Numbered from the stretch's first letter, positions 11,035 to 22,266 are shown. The stretch: DNA of 64,000 nt from Ostreococcus lucimarinus (GCA_000092065.1 CP000584.1), one strand, 5' to 3'. Program-made: numbers and translations. The notes: generated by a model from the letters alone, not told the origin.

Positions 11035-11817
11035 ATGACCGACCCCACCGCGCGTCTCCGCGCCTTGGTCGAAAACGGCGTCGCCAAACGCTTCGACCTT
11101 CGCGCTTGGTCCGTGCAATCCGGCTGCGCGCGCGCGCGCGCGATCGAGCGCTTAGAGACGCTGCTCGAACAGGCGCGTCCCGACGTCATAAAGCTCATAG
11201 TCATGGAATCGCTTCAGGGGACGCCCGAGAGCGATCTAGACGTCATGGTGTACGGCGAGTGCGCGCCGCGCGCGTTTCTGGAGTTTATCAACGCGCACGC
11301 GCGGACGCTGGCGCTGGAACGCGCGGAAGAGGGAGATGAGACGCGACGCGGCGACGCGCGCGGGACGGCGTCGACGCGCGCGGCGCTGACGTATTACGAT
11401 TTAGGCAGCGGCGCGGGAAAATCCGTGCTCACCGCCGCGTTGTCACCGTATTTCGCGCGATGTCGTGGAATCGAGCTCTTGCCTTGCGTGCACGCGATCG
11501 CGGAAATTTTGGTGGAGGATTTCTCGCGAGACGTGGCGCCGCGAGACGACGGCGTCTCTCCGAGCGTCTCCGTCTCGCTCGGTGACATCTTCGTCGATCT
11601 CTCCTGGATCGACGCGGATTTCGTGTTTTGTAATTGCGTGACGTGGGACGAGGCGACGATGGCGCGATTGGCGTCGCACGCGGCGAAGATGCGACGCGGT
11701 GCTTTGTTCGTCACCGCGCTGTGTCCGCTGCCGAGCGACGCGTTCGAAGTCGTCGCCGAGGACGAGATCGATTTCAGCTGGGGGCGCGTCGACGCCATCG
11801 TCCACCGCAAGACGTAG
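11035..11817 (+). CDS. DOT1-fold class I SAM methyltransferase (divergent; YYDLGSGAGKSVL motif I; VFCNCVTW in place of DOT1 FVNNFAF)
   Basis: Order and spacing of motifs parallels the DOT1L catalytic core (VYGE.., DLGSGxGxxVL, ...IFVDLSWIDADFVFCNCVTW..., KEGG/MRRGALFVT). Start at MTDPTARLRAL (ATG ~11035). Confidence 0.5.
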   Translation: MTDPTARLRALVENGVAKRFDLRAWSVQSGCARARAIERLETLLEQARPDVIKLIVMESLQGTPESDLDVMVYGECAPRAFLEFINAHARTLALERAEEGDETRRGDARGTASTRAALTYYDLGSGAGKSVLTAALSPYFARCRGIELLPCVHAIAEILVEDFSRDVAPRDDGVSPSVSVSLGDIFVDLSWIDADFVFCNCVTWDEATMARLASHAAKMRRGALFVTALCPLPSDAFEVVAEDEIDFSWGRVDAIVHRKT

Positions 11818-12111
11818 CTCTTTTTTAGTTTTATTTTAGCCCGTAGCCGATCCCGCGTTCGTCGCTTTCGACGTCGAGTTTTCGGACGTCCGCGCGCGCG
11901 CGTCGTCCCGTCGTCCCGACTTTGGCCGTTAATCTTCGCTCACTGCTTCGGCGCGCCGCACTCCGTCCCGCGCGAAAAAACTTTCGCCGTGGCGCGCGCC
12001 GAGGTAAAAGCTCGCGCGGTCGATCGTTTCGCGTCGCGCTCGCGCGAACCGAGCGGCGCGCGGTGATACGACGCGGCGTCGCAAACCAAACGTTTAGAAT
12101 CTGTCCCAGCG

Positions 12112-12954
12112 ATGATGATGGTTCAAAGCGCGTCCACGCGCGTCCGAGCGCGCCCGAACGGCGTCGATCGACACCGCGCGACGCGTCGGACGCGCGTCGT
12201 TCGCGCCGCGGACGCCGGCGCGGATCGAGGGATGACGCGGGACGCGCGCGCGACGCGGGAGGTGGTGAGTCAACTGGGCGCGCGGCGAGACGCGAGCGCG
12301 CTGGCGCCGCGAACCGCGCACGGCGCCACGGTGGCGTACGTGCGGCAGCCGATCGAGGCGAAGAATGTGGAATTCATGACGCCGAACTTCGCGGTGTACG
12401 CGCTGTGTGGAGTGGGGTGCTTGTTGGGAAGCGCGCTGAGCGCGGTGCTGCTGAGTTTGATTCCGACGCTTCGAAGCGCGCGGCGAACGATGGATGAGAT
12501 TGCGTATCTCGCGGCGAGCGTGCGCGAGGAGGTGCCAGATACGCTCGCGGCGGTGCGTGTGAGTGGGTTGGAGCTCACGGACGTGATGGAGGAGGTTGGG
12601 GAACTGACGGCGGACGTCGGAGGAGGTTTGCGAAGCGCCGGACGCGGCATCACGGCGAGCGTGAACACGGCGCAGATGGTCGGGCGGTACGCGGCGGCGG
12701 CGGTTCCTGAGGTTCGAAGACGAGCGACACCGATCGTGGGATCGGTAAAGACTGGAACGGTGCGCGTGTTGGAGGAGCGCGCAGACATGGAACCGTACAG
12801 TGGACCCATCATATCGAACACGGCGAAGTCGGCGAAGAAGGGTGTGACGGCGGCGCGAAACGCTTTGAAATCTGCGGATGTGGCTCGAAACGTTGGTCGA
12901 TTATACAAGACGCTTCGCGCGCCGCCTGCGCGCCCAAAGGATATGCCAAAGTGA
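12112..12954 (+). CDS. Hypothetical protein with transit-peptide-like N-terminus and single TM helix (FAVYALCGVGCLLGSALSAVLLSLIP)
   Basis: Clean ORF starting ATGATGATG. No recognisable catalytic motif. Confidence 0.45.
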   Translation: MMMVQSASTRVRARPNGVDRHRATRRTRVVRAADAGADRGMTRDARATREVVSQLGARRDASALAPRTAHGATVAYVRQPIEAKNVEFMTPNFAVYALCGVGCLLGSALSAVLLSLIPTLRSARRTMDEIAYLAASVREEVPDTLAAVRVSGLELTDVMEEVGELTADVGGGLRSAGRGITASVNTAQMVGRYAAAAVPEVRRRATPIVGSVKTGTVRVLEERADMEPYSGPIISNTAKSAKKGVTAARNALKSADVARNVGRLYKTLRAPPARPKDMPK

Positions 12955-13035
12955 TCGTCAAATTAGCTTAGTCGCATGTAAGTGTATGATTTACGATTAT
13001 GATTTACAGAAGGTGTGTTTACGTTTGCGAGAGTT

Positions 13036-16000
13036 TCAACGCGGCGACGAAGTCGCGGGCGTCGGAGACGCCGCGATGGCTTTGATCGCGTTGCCGCCAG
13101 AGAGGTCGCGCGCCAAGGATGGAAGCATCTCTTCGATCGGTCGAATACTGGGCAGCGCGCGCACGCTACCGCTGAGCGGAGAACCACCTCGATTGGCGTC
13201 GGCGAGCGGCTGACGAACCGCGCCGAAACCTCCGGCTGGTCGGTTGAGGAGCGCCGCCGTGGATCGTTGCTTTTCGAGCGCTTTTTGCATGTGCATGTCG
13301 CGCGTTTCCGTTTGTTCTCGTTCGAGCAGACGCGTTTTCTCGTCGAGATCGGCTTGCGTGTGTTGCAAGTCTTCCCATATCTTCTTCGTTTCTTCCCGTT
13401 GGCGATGCAACGTGTCCTTGTAACTCGCGATTTTATTCGTCGCTTGAATGTTCAATAACTCGAGATTACTGATCTTCTCGCGCGCTTCATCAAGTTTATT
13501 GCTTAACACTTGCATCTTGGCGTGCTCATCACTTACCGATTTCTCTAAGCGACTGACTTCACGGGAGAATTCTTCCGTCTTTGCGCGGAATTCCGTCGAG
13601 AGTGTCTCGTATGCCACGCGCGTCGTCGCCAACTCGTCTCGCATGCGAAGCTCGCGCGCTTGAGTTTCCTTGGCGGTTTCGTTGCTTCGAGACGCGTAAT
13701 CACGCGCGACTGACTCGGCGGCACGAGCGGACGCGGCTTCGCGTTCGGCTTCAGACATGTTCTTCAACATGTCCAAATACTTTTCGTTGTTCGCTTCCTC
13801 CTTTGAACGCGAGCGCTCAATCTCTGCCTTGGCGTACTCCACATCTTGCTTCCATTTTTCTTGCTGCAACGCCGTGGCCGTGAGCTCCGCCTTGAGTGCA
13901 GACATTTCTTTCTCCACTTGCACGAGCTGATCCGCCTTTTCTTCCAGTGCCTTGGATCGACCTTCCAAAGTGCCGTGCTCCTTCACGAGCGCTTCGTTTT
14001 GGCGTCGGAGATCTTGAAGTTCGGCGCGCGCCTCTCGCTCGCGTTCTTCCGCGGACTTTGCGGCAGCGGTGAACGCGGTGATTTCCATTTGGAACGACTT
14101 TGCCTCGGTTTCGCGCTGCACGAGCGCCTTTTCAGACGTAATGAGTTGCACCTTGGTGGCTTCTTCGCAACGCTGCGCGTCGTGCATCTTTTCGAGCGCC
14201 TCCTCGCGAGCGGCGGCGGCGTTTTCGAGCGCAACCTTGGACGCGGCGAGTTGCTTGTTGGAGTCTTCCAATTTCGCCTTCAAAGCAACCAGAGACATGT
14301 TGGACTTTTCCTTGGCGTCTCGCATGCTCTCACGCTCAGATTGCACCGCCTGCAGAGCGGCGGCGCTCGTCTCCTTGGCGTCGACGACAGCGCTCTCGAG
14401 TTCTTTGCGCTCTCGCGCAAAGTTTGCCCTGTCCTCATCTCTTTGTAATTTCGCCTCGCTCAACTTGCTGAACGCCTCTTCGAACTTCGATTGTAGCGTA
14501 GCCGTGGCCACGGCCGCTGCCTCACGCTGAGTACGAAGGTTGTCGACTTCGCTCTGGAGTTCGTCGCATTTAGCCGACTTGGCGTCGAGCTCGCGACGCA
14601 ACAAACTCTCGCGATGGTTGAGTTCGGCAGACTTCGTCTTCGTCACGTCTTCTTTTTCGGCACGCAACGTAGCGATTTGATTCTTCGCTTCGTCGTACTT
14701 GGCTTTCAAAGTCGCCACGTGAGCGCCCGACGATTCTCGCGTGGTACGCAACGCGGCGATTTCGGCTTCGAGCGCCTCAATCTTCGTCACCTTGTTTTCT
14801 AAGGCGCTCTTAAGCTCCGTTTCGCGACGATGAACCTCGTGCGACGCGGTTTCAATATGGTTTTCTTTATCTTCTCGCGCGGTCTTCAGGGCATTCTTCA
14901 CCTCTTCATATTTGACTTGAAGCTTGGCGGACGAAACGGTCTTGTCGTTGAGATTGGCGCGAAGCGCATCCACTTGCGCTTGGAGCGCCTTGACTTCGGC
15001 GGCTTGAGTCTCCAAATCCGACTTCACTCGCATCATCTCCGCAGCGTCGTTCGAAATATTTGAGTCGCTCGACGGCTTCGCCATCGTTCGCTCTTCTTGC
15101 ACCGCCGCTCGAAGCTCGGCGATTTCATTCATCGCGTCGTCGTACTTGCTTCGCAACGTCGCCGAATCCTCCACCTTCTTGTTGAGTCGTCCACGAAGCG
15201 CCTCGACGTGCGCCTTGAGCGATTCAATTTCTGTGATTTTGACACTCATTTCGGCATCGGTGGCGGTGCGCGTTGAGCGCGCCTCGTTCGAAGCCTCGAG
15301 CGCGGCGATGTGCTTCATGGCCTCTTCGTACTTGTTTTGAAGCTTTTCGAGATTCGCAGAAGAGTCTTCGCGCTTGGATCGGAAACCTTCGAGCTCAGCC
15401 TCGAGTTCGCACACGCGACGAGATTCCTTCGCCGAAACTTCCGAGAACTTCGTGAGCTGCGATTCGAGCTGACCGAGCTCGATGACGAGTTTGGACTTTT
15501 CGCTGACGAGCGCGTCGCGTTGATCCCGCAACTCGCTCGCCGAGCGTCGTGCCTTTTCATTCTCCGCCTTCATCTGCGCCTTATCTTCTTGCCACATCTC
15601 CTTGAACTTACTCACCTCTTCGCTCAACTCGTTGATCGTCGTGTTCTTTTCTTCTAAAAGATCGTCAATCTTCTTATCGAACGAGGCTTCCATGTCCGCG
15701 AACTTCTTCTCCGCCGCGCGACGCGCCGCCATCGCCGCCGACGCCTTGCTTCGAAGGCTTTCGCACTCCTCCTCGTAATCGCGAACTTGGCACACAAGTT
15801 TTTTCTTTTGCCTCTCCATGCGCTCTTCGTTCTCGCGCAAGACTTCAATCTCCACGATTTGATCGCGCTCGCGCGCCTCGGCGCGTTTCGTCTTTTCCCG
15901 TTCGGCGCGCAATTCGTCGTTGAGGGCGTTGAACTTTTCCTGACTCGCGCTCATCGCCTCTTGACGTTTGCGCCCTCGCGCCATGATCAACTCCGTCCGC

Positions 16001-16635
16001 AACGCCCGCGCGTGATTCAACTTCTCCACCGTCTCCCGCGTCCACTCCGCCTCCATGAGCGCCTTCACGCTCGACGGAAAGTAAAACCCCCCAAACCACA
16101 TCGAGCTCCCGTCTCGCATCGTCAGCGCCACCCCGCTCTCGCCCCATCCCTCGCTCCTCACCTCGATCCGCTCGATCTCTTTATACGCAATCTTCAGCGA
16201 TATCGGTTTCCCGCTCGATCGCCGCTTCGAGGGCGAGAACAACAGCCCGTCCCGCCTCGTCGCGTCGCTCGTCTCGCAATAAAAGCACGCGTGCCCGCTC
16301 GTGACGTACAAATCCCCCGTCCCGCTCGCGATCGGTCCGCCCAGATGCGCCCGGTACGTCTCCACCACCGTCTCGCTCGCGTTCAGCGAGAACAGCGCCC
16401 AGACGCCGCCCTTCGCGCGCGACGCGCGCCCGTCGTCCTTTCGTTTCTTGTGGCGCTGCGCCCAGCCCCGCATCTTCGCCTGGCACGCGATGACGCATCG
16501 TTTCTGGTGGTCCGTCAGCGATTCGTAGCGTTCCTCGACCGCGAGCAGGTCGCGCGCGGACACCATCGTCGTCGTGTGCGCGCGTTCGCCGTTCGTCGTC
16601 GCGCGCGTCGCGCCGTGACGCGTCGCGAATCGCAA
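13036..16635 (-). CDS. Long coiled-coil protein (~1100-1200 aa) with N-terminal IQ-like motif and GRAM/PH-like domain; golgin/myosin-tail-like heptad repeats
   Basis: N-terminus HQKRCVIACQAKMRGWAQRHK (IQ-like), then GDLYVTSGHACFYCE...SLKIAYKEIERIEVR (GRAM/PH-like), then ~1000 aa of E/K/A/L-rich heptads. Probable true start at internal ATG (MVSARDLL) ~16566. Confidence 0.7.
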   Translation of the reverse strand: MRFATRHGATRATTNGERAHTTTMVSARDLLAVEERYESLTDHQKRCVIACQAKMRGWAQRHKKRKDDGRASRAKGGVWALFSLNASETVVETYRAHLGGPIASGTGDLYVTSGHACFYCETSDATRRDGLLFSPSKRRSSGKPISLKIAYKEIERIEVRSEGWGESGVALTMRDGSSMWFGGFYFPSSVKALMEAEWTRETVEKLNHARALRTELIMARGRKRQEAMSASQEKFNALNDELRAEREKTKRAEARERDQIVEIEVLRENEERMERQKKKLVCQVRDYEEECESLRSKASAAMAARRAAEKKFADMEASFDKKIDDLLEEKNTTINELSEEVSKFKEMWQEDKAQMKAENEKARRSASELRDQRDALVSEKSKLVIELGQLESQLTKFSEVSAKESRRVCELEAELEGFRSKREDSSANLEKLQNKYEEAMKHIAALEASNEARSTRTATDAEMSVKITEIESLKAHVEALRGRLNKKVEDSATLRSKYDDAMNEIAELRAAVQEERTMAKPSSDSNISNDAAEMMRVKSDLETQAAEVKALQAQVDALRANLNDKTVSSAKLQVKYEEVKNALKTAREDKENHIETASHEVHRRETELKSALENKVTKIEALEAEIAALRTTRESSGAHVATLKAKYDEAKNQIATLRAEKEDVTKTKSAELNHRESLLRRELDAKSAKCDELQSEVDNLRTQREAAAVATATLQSKFEEAFSKLSEAKLQRDEDRANFARERKELESAVVDAKETSAAALQAVQSERESMRDAKEKSNMSLVALKAKLEDSNKQLAASKVALENAAAAREEALEKMHDAQRCEEATKVQLITSEKALVQRETEAKSFQMEITAFTAAAKSAEEREREARAELQDLRRQNEALVKEHGTLEGRSKALEEKADQLVQVEKEMSALKAELTATALQQEKWKQDVEYAKAEIERSRSKEEANNEKYLDMLKNMSEAEREAASARAAESVARDYASRSNETAKETQARELRMRDELATTRVAYETLSTEFRAKTEEFSREVSRLEKSVSDEHAKMQVLSNKLDEAREKISNLELLNIQATNKIASYKDTLHRQREETKKIWEDLQHTQADLDEKTRLLEREQTETRDMHMQKALEKQRSTAALLNRPAGGFGAVRQPLADANRGGSPLSGSVRALPSIRPIEEMLPSLARDLSGGNAIKAIAASPTPATSSPR

Positions 16636-16910
16636 TCGTCAACCGTGCACGCATTCGTCGCCGCGGTGTCGGTTTGGATCGTTCCCCTCGTCGCGCGTGC
16701 CTACTTCCGGGTGTTTTCGCGCGCGCACACCCGGGTGTTTTCGCGCGCGCACACCCGGGTGTTTCGCGCGCGCGCCGCCCGATCCGCCGTCGCGCGTCCC
16801 GCGTCGCGACTCGACGGCGCGCCGACGACGCGCGCGCTCGATCGCTCGACCGCTCGACCGCCGGACGACCGCCGCGCGAGGACGAGGACGCGCGACGGCG
16901 CGCGCGCGCG

Positions 16911-17846
16911 ACGATGGATGCGCCGCGGCGACCGTCCGGCGGCGGCGACGACGACGACGCGACGACGGCGCGCGCGACGACGACGACGGGCGCGAGCGAC
17001 GGAAGCGAAAAGTACGTCTCCGCGGCGACGCGGGCGCGACTGCGCGCGCGCGGGATCGACGCGTTGAACGCGATGCAGCTCGCGGTGTGCGAGGCGGCGG
17101 TCGGACGACGCGCGGACGCGACGTGTCGAGCGCCGACGGGGAGCGGGAAGACGCTGGCGTACGTGCTGCCGATCGCGAAGATGTTGGAGAGGGCGGCGCG
17201 CGACGGATCGGGGGGAGGCGGAGGCGGAGGCGCGGTGCGGGCGATGGTGGTGACGCCGACGCGGGAGCTGGCGAGTCAGGTGCGGACGCAGTGCGAGCGG
17301 TACTGCGGGGAGGGGTCGAGCGCGCTGTGCGTGGGAGGGACGAGCGCGAAGGCGCAGGAGGACGCGATTCGTAAGGGTGGGGCGAAGATTGTCGTCGGGA
17401 CGCCGGGGAGGATGAAGGAATTCATCGATCGGGGGGTGATCGAACCGCGCGCGGTGGAGATTCAGGTGTTGGACGAAATCGACCGCCTCCTCGACGGAGG
17501 GTTTGAGGGCGAGATCGACGCGGTGATGCGACCGCCCGGGACGTGTCAGACGCTTTGTTTTTCGGCGACGATCTCTGCGGCGTTGTCGAGATTTTTAGAT
17601 CGTAAACTCGTGCCCGGGTACGCGGAGGTGGTCGTCGCCGGACGAGGCGGCTCAAACGTGGGCGGGATGGTGGAGCACTTGGCGTACGCCACGAAGTCGG
17701 GAGACGACGCCGTCGGATCGGCGGTCGTGGACGCGTTAGAGCACTACGCGGGTGAGCACGTGGATGGGAGAGTCGGTGGTCAGGCGATCGTGTTCACGGA
17801 GACAAAGTCCACCGCGGAACGCGTCAGGGCGATGCTGACGAATATG
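16911..17846 (+). CDS. DEAD-box (DEID variant) RNA helicase, exon 1 (Q-motif, I APTGSGKT, Ia PTRELA, Ib GTPGR, II DEID, III SAT, IV)
   Basis: All N-terminal helicase motifs in order. Exon end by eye at a GT just after ...AMLTNM (a consensus GTGCGT lies 10 nt further but is out of phase with the chosen acceptor). Downstream is a low-GC (~50%) intron. Confidence 0.7.
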
Positions 17847-18334
17847 TTGACGACGGTGCGTGCCTTTGAATTTTTCTCTTCTTTTTCGATCGAGTCGGTC
17901 GTCGATGACGAACAAACTATTAAGGGATTTATGAGATTGGAATCCGTTCCATGTTCGTACCAATAGACTACAATTCTCCGAGACGCCGACCTTCGAGACG
18001 CAGACGCAGACGAGCGCGTTTGTTCAATTTTTTCTCGTCCGAGTTCCAGAGGATTGCATGAATAATTCTTATCTACATTCCCTGAGATACCGGTGATTAC
18101 ACCTTTCAAGATGATGGAACTGCTTTGCGTTAGTTTTTTGACGCGCGCGCTCGCTCGCGTTCGATGGCGATGAAGATACACCTTATTTCACATGTTAGAC
18201 TGTCGAGATCGAGGGGTGAGGATCCTTCGATCGATGTGCACAACAATTCCGCCGAGCCATCGAATGCGGGCGAGGCAACCGATCTGACCCTCGTGCGCTC
18301 GCGATGACTGATTACCTTTTCCTTCTCGCGCGTA

Positions 18335-18875
18335 GGAATTCGACACTGGCAAACGAACTCGGCGAGTGGCGTCTTTACACGGCGACTTGCCGCAACCGGC
18401 GCGCGACGCGACGCTCGCGAACCTTCGCTCTGGCGAAGTCGACGTGCTCGTCGCTACAGACGTCGCCGCGCGTGGTCTCGATTTACCCGGAGTCGAGCTC
18501 GTCGTGCACGCAGACATGCCCAAATCTGCAGACACTTACTCGCACCGCGCCGGACGCGCCGGGCGTCCAGGGTGCGCCGTGCCCGGCGTTTCGTTGCTCA
18601 TCTCCCGACCCGAGCTCGCGTCTGAAATCACGCGCCTCGAGCGCGAAGCCAAGGTTTCGATTCGTCGTCTAGTGTTCATTGGCGAACGCGAACGCGTCGT
18701 CGTCACGGGTGACTTGGGCGCGAGCGTTTCCACGCTTGAGCCTGAAAGTCGCGAAAGCGCGCCCGCGAGACGGGACGACAGTCTCATCGCCGACCATTTC
18801 GCTCGCTTTGCGGATGACATTCAAAACATCGCGACGTCGAAGAAGAAAGGGAAATCGAAATCGCGCGGCAAATGA
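18335..18875 (+). CDS. DEAD-box RNA helicase, exon 2 (LHGDLPQ, motif V LVATDVAARGLD, motif VI HRAGRAGR), Lys-rich C-terminus
   Basis: Pyrimidine-rich tract then TAG acceptor (~18334). Frame continues helicase motifs V and VI. Intron ~17847..18334. Confidence 0.65.
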
Positions 18876-18931
18876 TTTTTTAGTGCAGTCGTATAGTACT
18901 GTGTATTGCAAATAGCGATAGGTAGTCGTGA

Positions 18932-19882
18932 TCAACCGTTCAAACCGCGCAACTGCGCCGCATCCGGCGCGTCGTTCAATAATTCGCGAAGGTGTCGACG
19001 ATTGCGTCGGCGCTCGCGTTCGTTAACCTTGGACGTGACATCTTTCAGTCGCATCCAGATTCGTTGCGCGCGCGCGCAATTTTCAATGTACGCGCCTTCC
19101 GGCGCGTGCTCGGCGAGTTCTTCGATGAAACTCATCACGCCTTGCAGATCCTCCATCACCGGGTCCTCGGGTTCTAGCAGTTTTAAAATTTTCTCATACG
19201 TCCTCGCGTCTTCGTCGACGACGTTTCGCCCGTTCCCGCGATTCTCATTCTCAATCTGTTTATTCACCTCTTTAATCAGACGCTTCATGTCCCCGCCTTG
19301 CGGCATCGGCGCGTCGTGATCGAGCGCGTACGTCAAACATCCGATGTATCCCTTCTTCGCGCTCTCCGTGACCACCCGCGTATCCCAGGGACAACCGTTT
19401 TCTCTCGCCCAAATTAAAACGTGCAAATGGCCGTTGAAGCACGCGCTCCAGCACGTCGACGCGTCCCACGCCACGCCTCGCTCCCGCATCCACCTCAACT
19501 GATCCAACGCGCCCTTCCGAGCGCACGCCGCCGTCGTCAACGCGCCGCCGTCGCGTCCCAGCGCGCCCGCGCGCGCCGCGTACCTCGCGCAATCCCAGTG
19601 TTCGCCCTCGATCGCCTCCGTCGCCGTCTTCTCGTCCCACGCGCACGCGTGCGTCTCGACGAGCATCGTCAGCATCGCGAGGTTCCCGCGCCGCGCGCAC
19701 GCCGCCGCCGTCCACGCGTCCGGCGCGTGCGCCGCGCCGTCGTCGTTCAAAAGTTGCTCGACGCGATGCCAATCCGCGGCGCGCGCGGCGACGTTGAGCG
19801 CGCTGTCGTGGTCGCTCGCCGGCGCGGGCGCGTCCGGAGACGCGTCGCGCGCGTCTCGCGCGCGGGCGTCGGCGGCGGACAT
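18932..19882 (-). CDS. Ankyrin-repeat protein, paralogue of the 6434..7432 gene (NGHLHVLIWARENGCPWD-type repeats) with a distinct C-terminal domain
   Basis: Same unusual ANK variant. Start at MSAADARARD (first ATG; track ORF starts at TTG). Confidence 0.6.
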   Translation of the reverse strand: MSAADARARDARDASPDAPAPASDHDSALNVAARAADWHRVEQLLNDDGAAHAPDAWTAAACARRGNLAMLTMLVETHACAWDEKTATEAIEGEHWDCARYAARAGALGRDGGALTTAACARKGALDQLRWMRERGVAWDASTCWSACFNGHLHVLIWARENGCPWDTRVVTESAKKGYIGCLTYALDHDAPMPQGGDMKRLIKEVNKQIENENRGNGRNVVDEDARTYEKILKLLEPEDPVMEDLQGVMSFIEELAEHAPEGAYIENCARAQRIWMRLKDVTSKVNERERRRNRRHLRELLNDAPDAAQLRGLNG

Positions 19883-20268
19883 CGCGCGCGCGAGTGCGGG
19901 GCGCGAGGGCGCGGCGCGACGCGTCTCCGGAACTGTTCGCCGGAACTGTAACAATGAATCCGAACGGCGATGACGTTCGGACGAGAGAAAATGTCGCGTC
20001 GTCGCGTCGCCCGACGCGGGCTTCCGCTTCCCGCGTACTTTGAATCGTTCTCTCGCGCGCGGACGCGCGCGGACGCGGACGCGGACGGACGCGGCGAAGG
20101 ATGGACGAGGGACGCGACGGCGTCGGCGCGCGCGGCGCGCGGGTGCCCAGTTGGGTGCCGCGATTGGAGCGTCGGCGGCGGATCGCGCGCGCGCGGATGG
20201 ATGATGCTACAGCGATGGCTACGCGCGCGAGGACTAAGAGCGATCGGGGTGATGATGGAGACGACGTC

Positions 20269-22117
20269 TCACGCGTCCGTCGGGGACGTCGGCGCGCGCG
20301 CGCGGCGTTTGAGTTTGTAATCGACGTACGCGTTCTTCTTCTCCGAGTATCCGGGGATGTAAAAGACGCGCGTGAGCGTGGGACTTCGAGATGGATCGAT
20401 GAACTTTTCCACGGCGACGTCGATCCATTCGCCCGGGACGAAATCTTTTGAGGCGCTGTGCGCGTTGCCGCGCTCGAATTCGGCTTCGACGAGGAAACGA
20501 CACGACGAAGGGTCGACGTATTGGTTTGGGTGCGCCCGGTTGTCGTCGTTCAAGCCCTCGGGGGTGTGCGCGGTGCCACCCTTGGAAAAATCGAACGGCA
20601 TCGGGAGCGCGCCGTCGAAACCAGCCTTGAGGAAACGAAGGCGATACTTGTTCGATGGGAAGTGATAGGAGCTAGGAAATCTGTACCACTCGTCCCCGAC
20701 GCACACGTCGACGGTGGCGTCGTCGCCGCCCGCGGCGAATTCCTCGGCGAGCCACGCCGGCCAGGCGTTCCCGTTCGCGCGCGATGACGGCATCGGCAGC
20801 GCGTGATACATCTTCGCCGGCGCGCCGTAATATTGCAGCAAAGCCGCGGTGCGCGACAGCGAAAGCACCATGACGGTGAGGACGCAGCCGCAGACGCCGA
20901 CGACGACGCCGAGTTTAACGACGCGCGATTTCCCGAACGCGTGCGCGTTGAGACCCAACGCACTTTCGGCGAGCGCACCGACCGTAATCGCCGCGCTCAA
21001 GCACAGGCACGGATAAATCATGTACAAAAACCGTTCCTCCTTGTGCGGAATCCAAGTGAAGAAGGCGGTGACGATTGGAAACGGCGAGCACACGGCAATC
21101 ATGGCGCGCCAATTGTTCCTGTACGCGCGAATCTCCGCGAGCGCCGTCTTCGCGTCGCACTTTTTTGTTTTCAACAGCTTCCGCATGCGCAAAGCCTTAA
21201 CGGCCACGGCCAAAGCGACGGCGAACGGGGCGAAGATGGCGAGCGCGGCGGCGAGTTGAAAATTCAACGCCAGATTCTTCGCGTAAAACGTCGCGCTCTC
21301 CGTGCCGTACAAATCGCTCTTCCCACTCGCGACGTTATACTTTAGCAAATTGTACACCGAACTGACGATTTTCCAACCTCCCGACCGTGATATGTCGTTA
21401 TACATGTACGTATCGCACGCCACCGAAATCGCCGCCGAAATCGCCGTCGCCGCGACCACGCACCCGAAAACCGCCCAGAACCCGATCGCGTGCACCGCGC
21501 ACAACCCGAACGGCACCACCGCGATCCCGCTGAACGGCCACCCGAACACGACCGCCACGACGCACGCCACGCACGCCCGCCTGTGCTCGCCTCGCAGCGT
21601 CGCCGCGCACGCCGCCGTCACGCACGTCATCGCGAACGAGCTCGGCAGCATCGCCGTCGACGCGATCGCCATCCCCGAGCTCGTCGCCAGTATCATCATC
21701 AACACCGACCCCACCAGCGCCTTCCGCGCGCGCACCGCGCTGACGAGCGCCGCCTCCGCGCACGCGCTCGCCAGTCCCAGCGTCCCGCGGCCGCACGCGA
21801 ACGCCGCGCGTCCCGCGTCCTCGCCGAGCGCCCATCGCGCCGCCCGCACCGGGGCGTAGTGCAGGAATAAATACGCGTACGACCGCAGCGCGTACGCGCT
21901 CCCGTGCTCCCACGTCTGCAGGCCGTGGCCGTGCGTGAGCGCGTGCAGCGGTTCCCAGTAGTTGAACGCCTCGTCGCAATCGAACGTCGTCGCGTTGACG
22001 ATCGCGCCGAGCGCGCGGAAGGCGACGATGACGCACAGCGCGGTCGCGAACGCGTCGCGCTCGCGCGGCGCGCGCATCGCGCGCGCGTGTGACGCGGCGT
22101 CGCGGTCGCCGTCGTGC
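20269..22117 (-). CDS. ALG9: ALG9-family alpha-1,2-mannosyltransferase (GT22; dolichyl-P-Man:Man(6/8)GlcNAc2-PP-dolichol)
   Basis: DCDEAFNYWEPLHAL...QTWEHGSAYALRSYAYL, HKEERFLYMIYPCLCL and VCVGDEWYRFPSSY match ALG9 signature blocks (human DCDETFNYWEPTHYL, PHKEERFLFPVYPLICL, VCVGKEWYRFPSSF). Start placed at MHDGDRD.. (~22117). Alternative MRAPRERD ~22075. Confidence 0.8.
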
Positions 22118-22118
22118 A

Positions 22119-22200
22119 TTCGTATATGTGTATTCAGTGAGGCGATATATATAGTACAGTACGTGTTGCATCCCGTATTTAACCGCGCGCGTTCGATAGA
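22119..22200. promoter_or_regulatory. AT-rich bidirectional promoter region with TATA-like elements (cgtatatgtgtattcag, gatatatatag, tatttaa) between divergent ALG9 (-) and CUE gene (+)
   Basis: Sharp local drop in GC between two divergently oriented start codons ~150 nt apart. Confidence 0.35.
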
Positions 22201-22266
22201 GGTCGCGCGCGCGCGCGCGCGACGCCACACCGTCGCGCGCGAGCGTCGACGAGACGCGCTGGCGCC

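Noticed and set aside
17780-18181. 133-aa ORF on the minus strand inside the helicase intron
   Set aside because: AT-rich, no codon bias, lies wholly within a low-GC intron. Translation is low-complexity.
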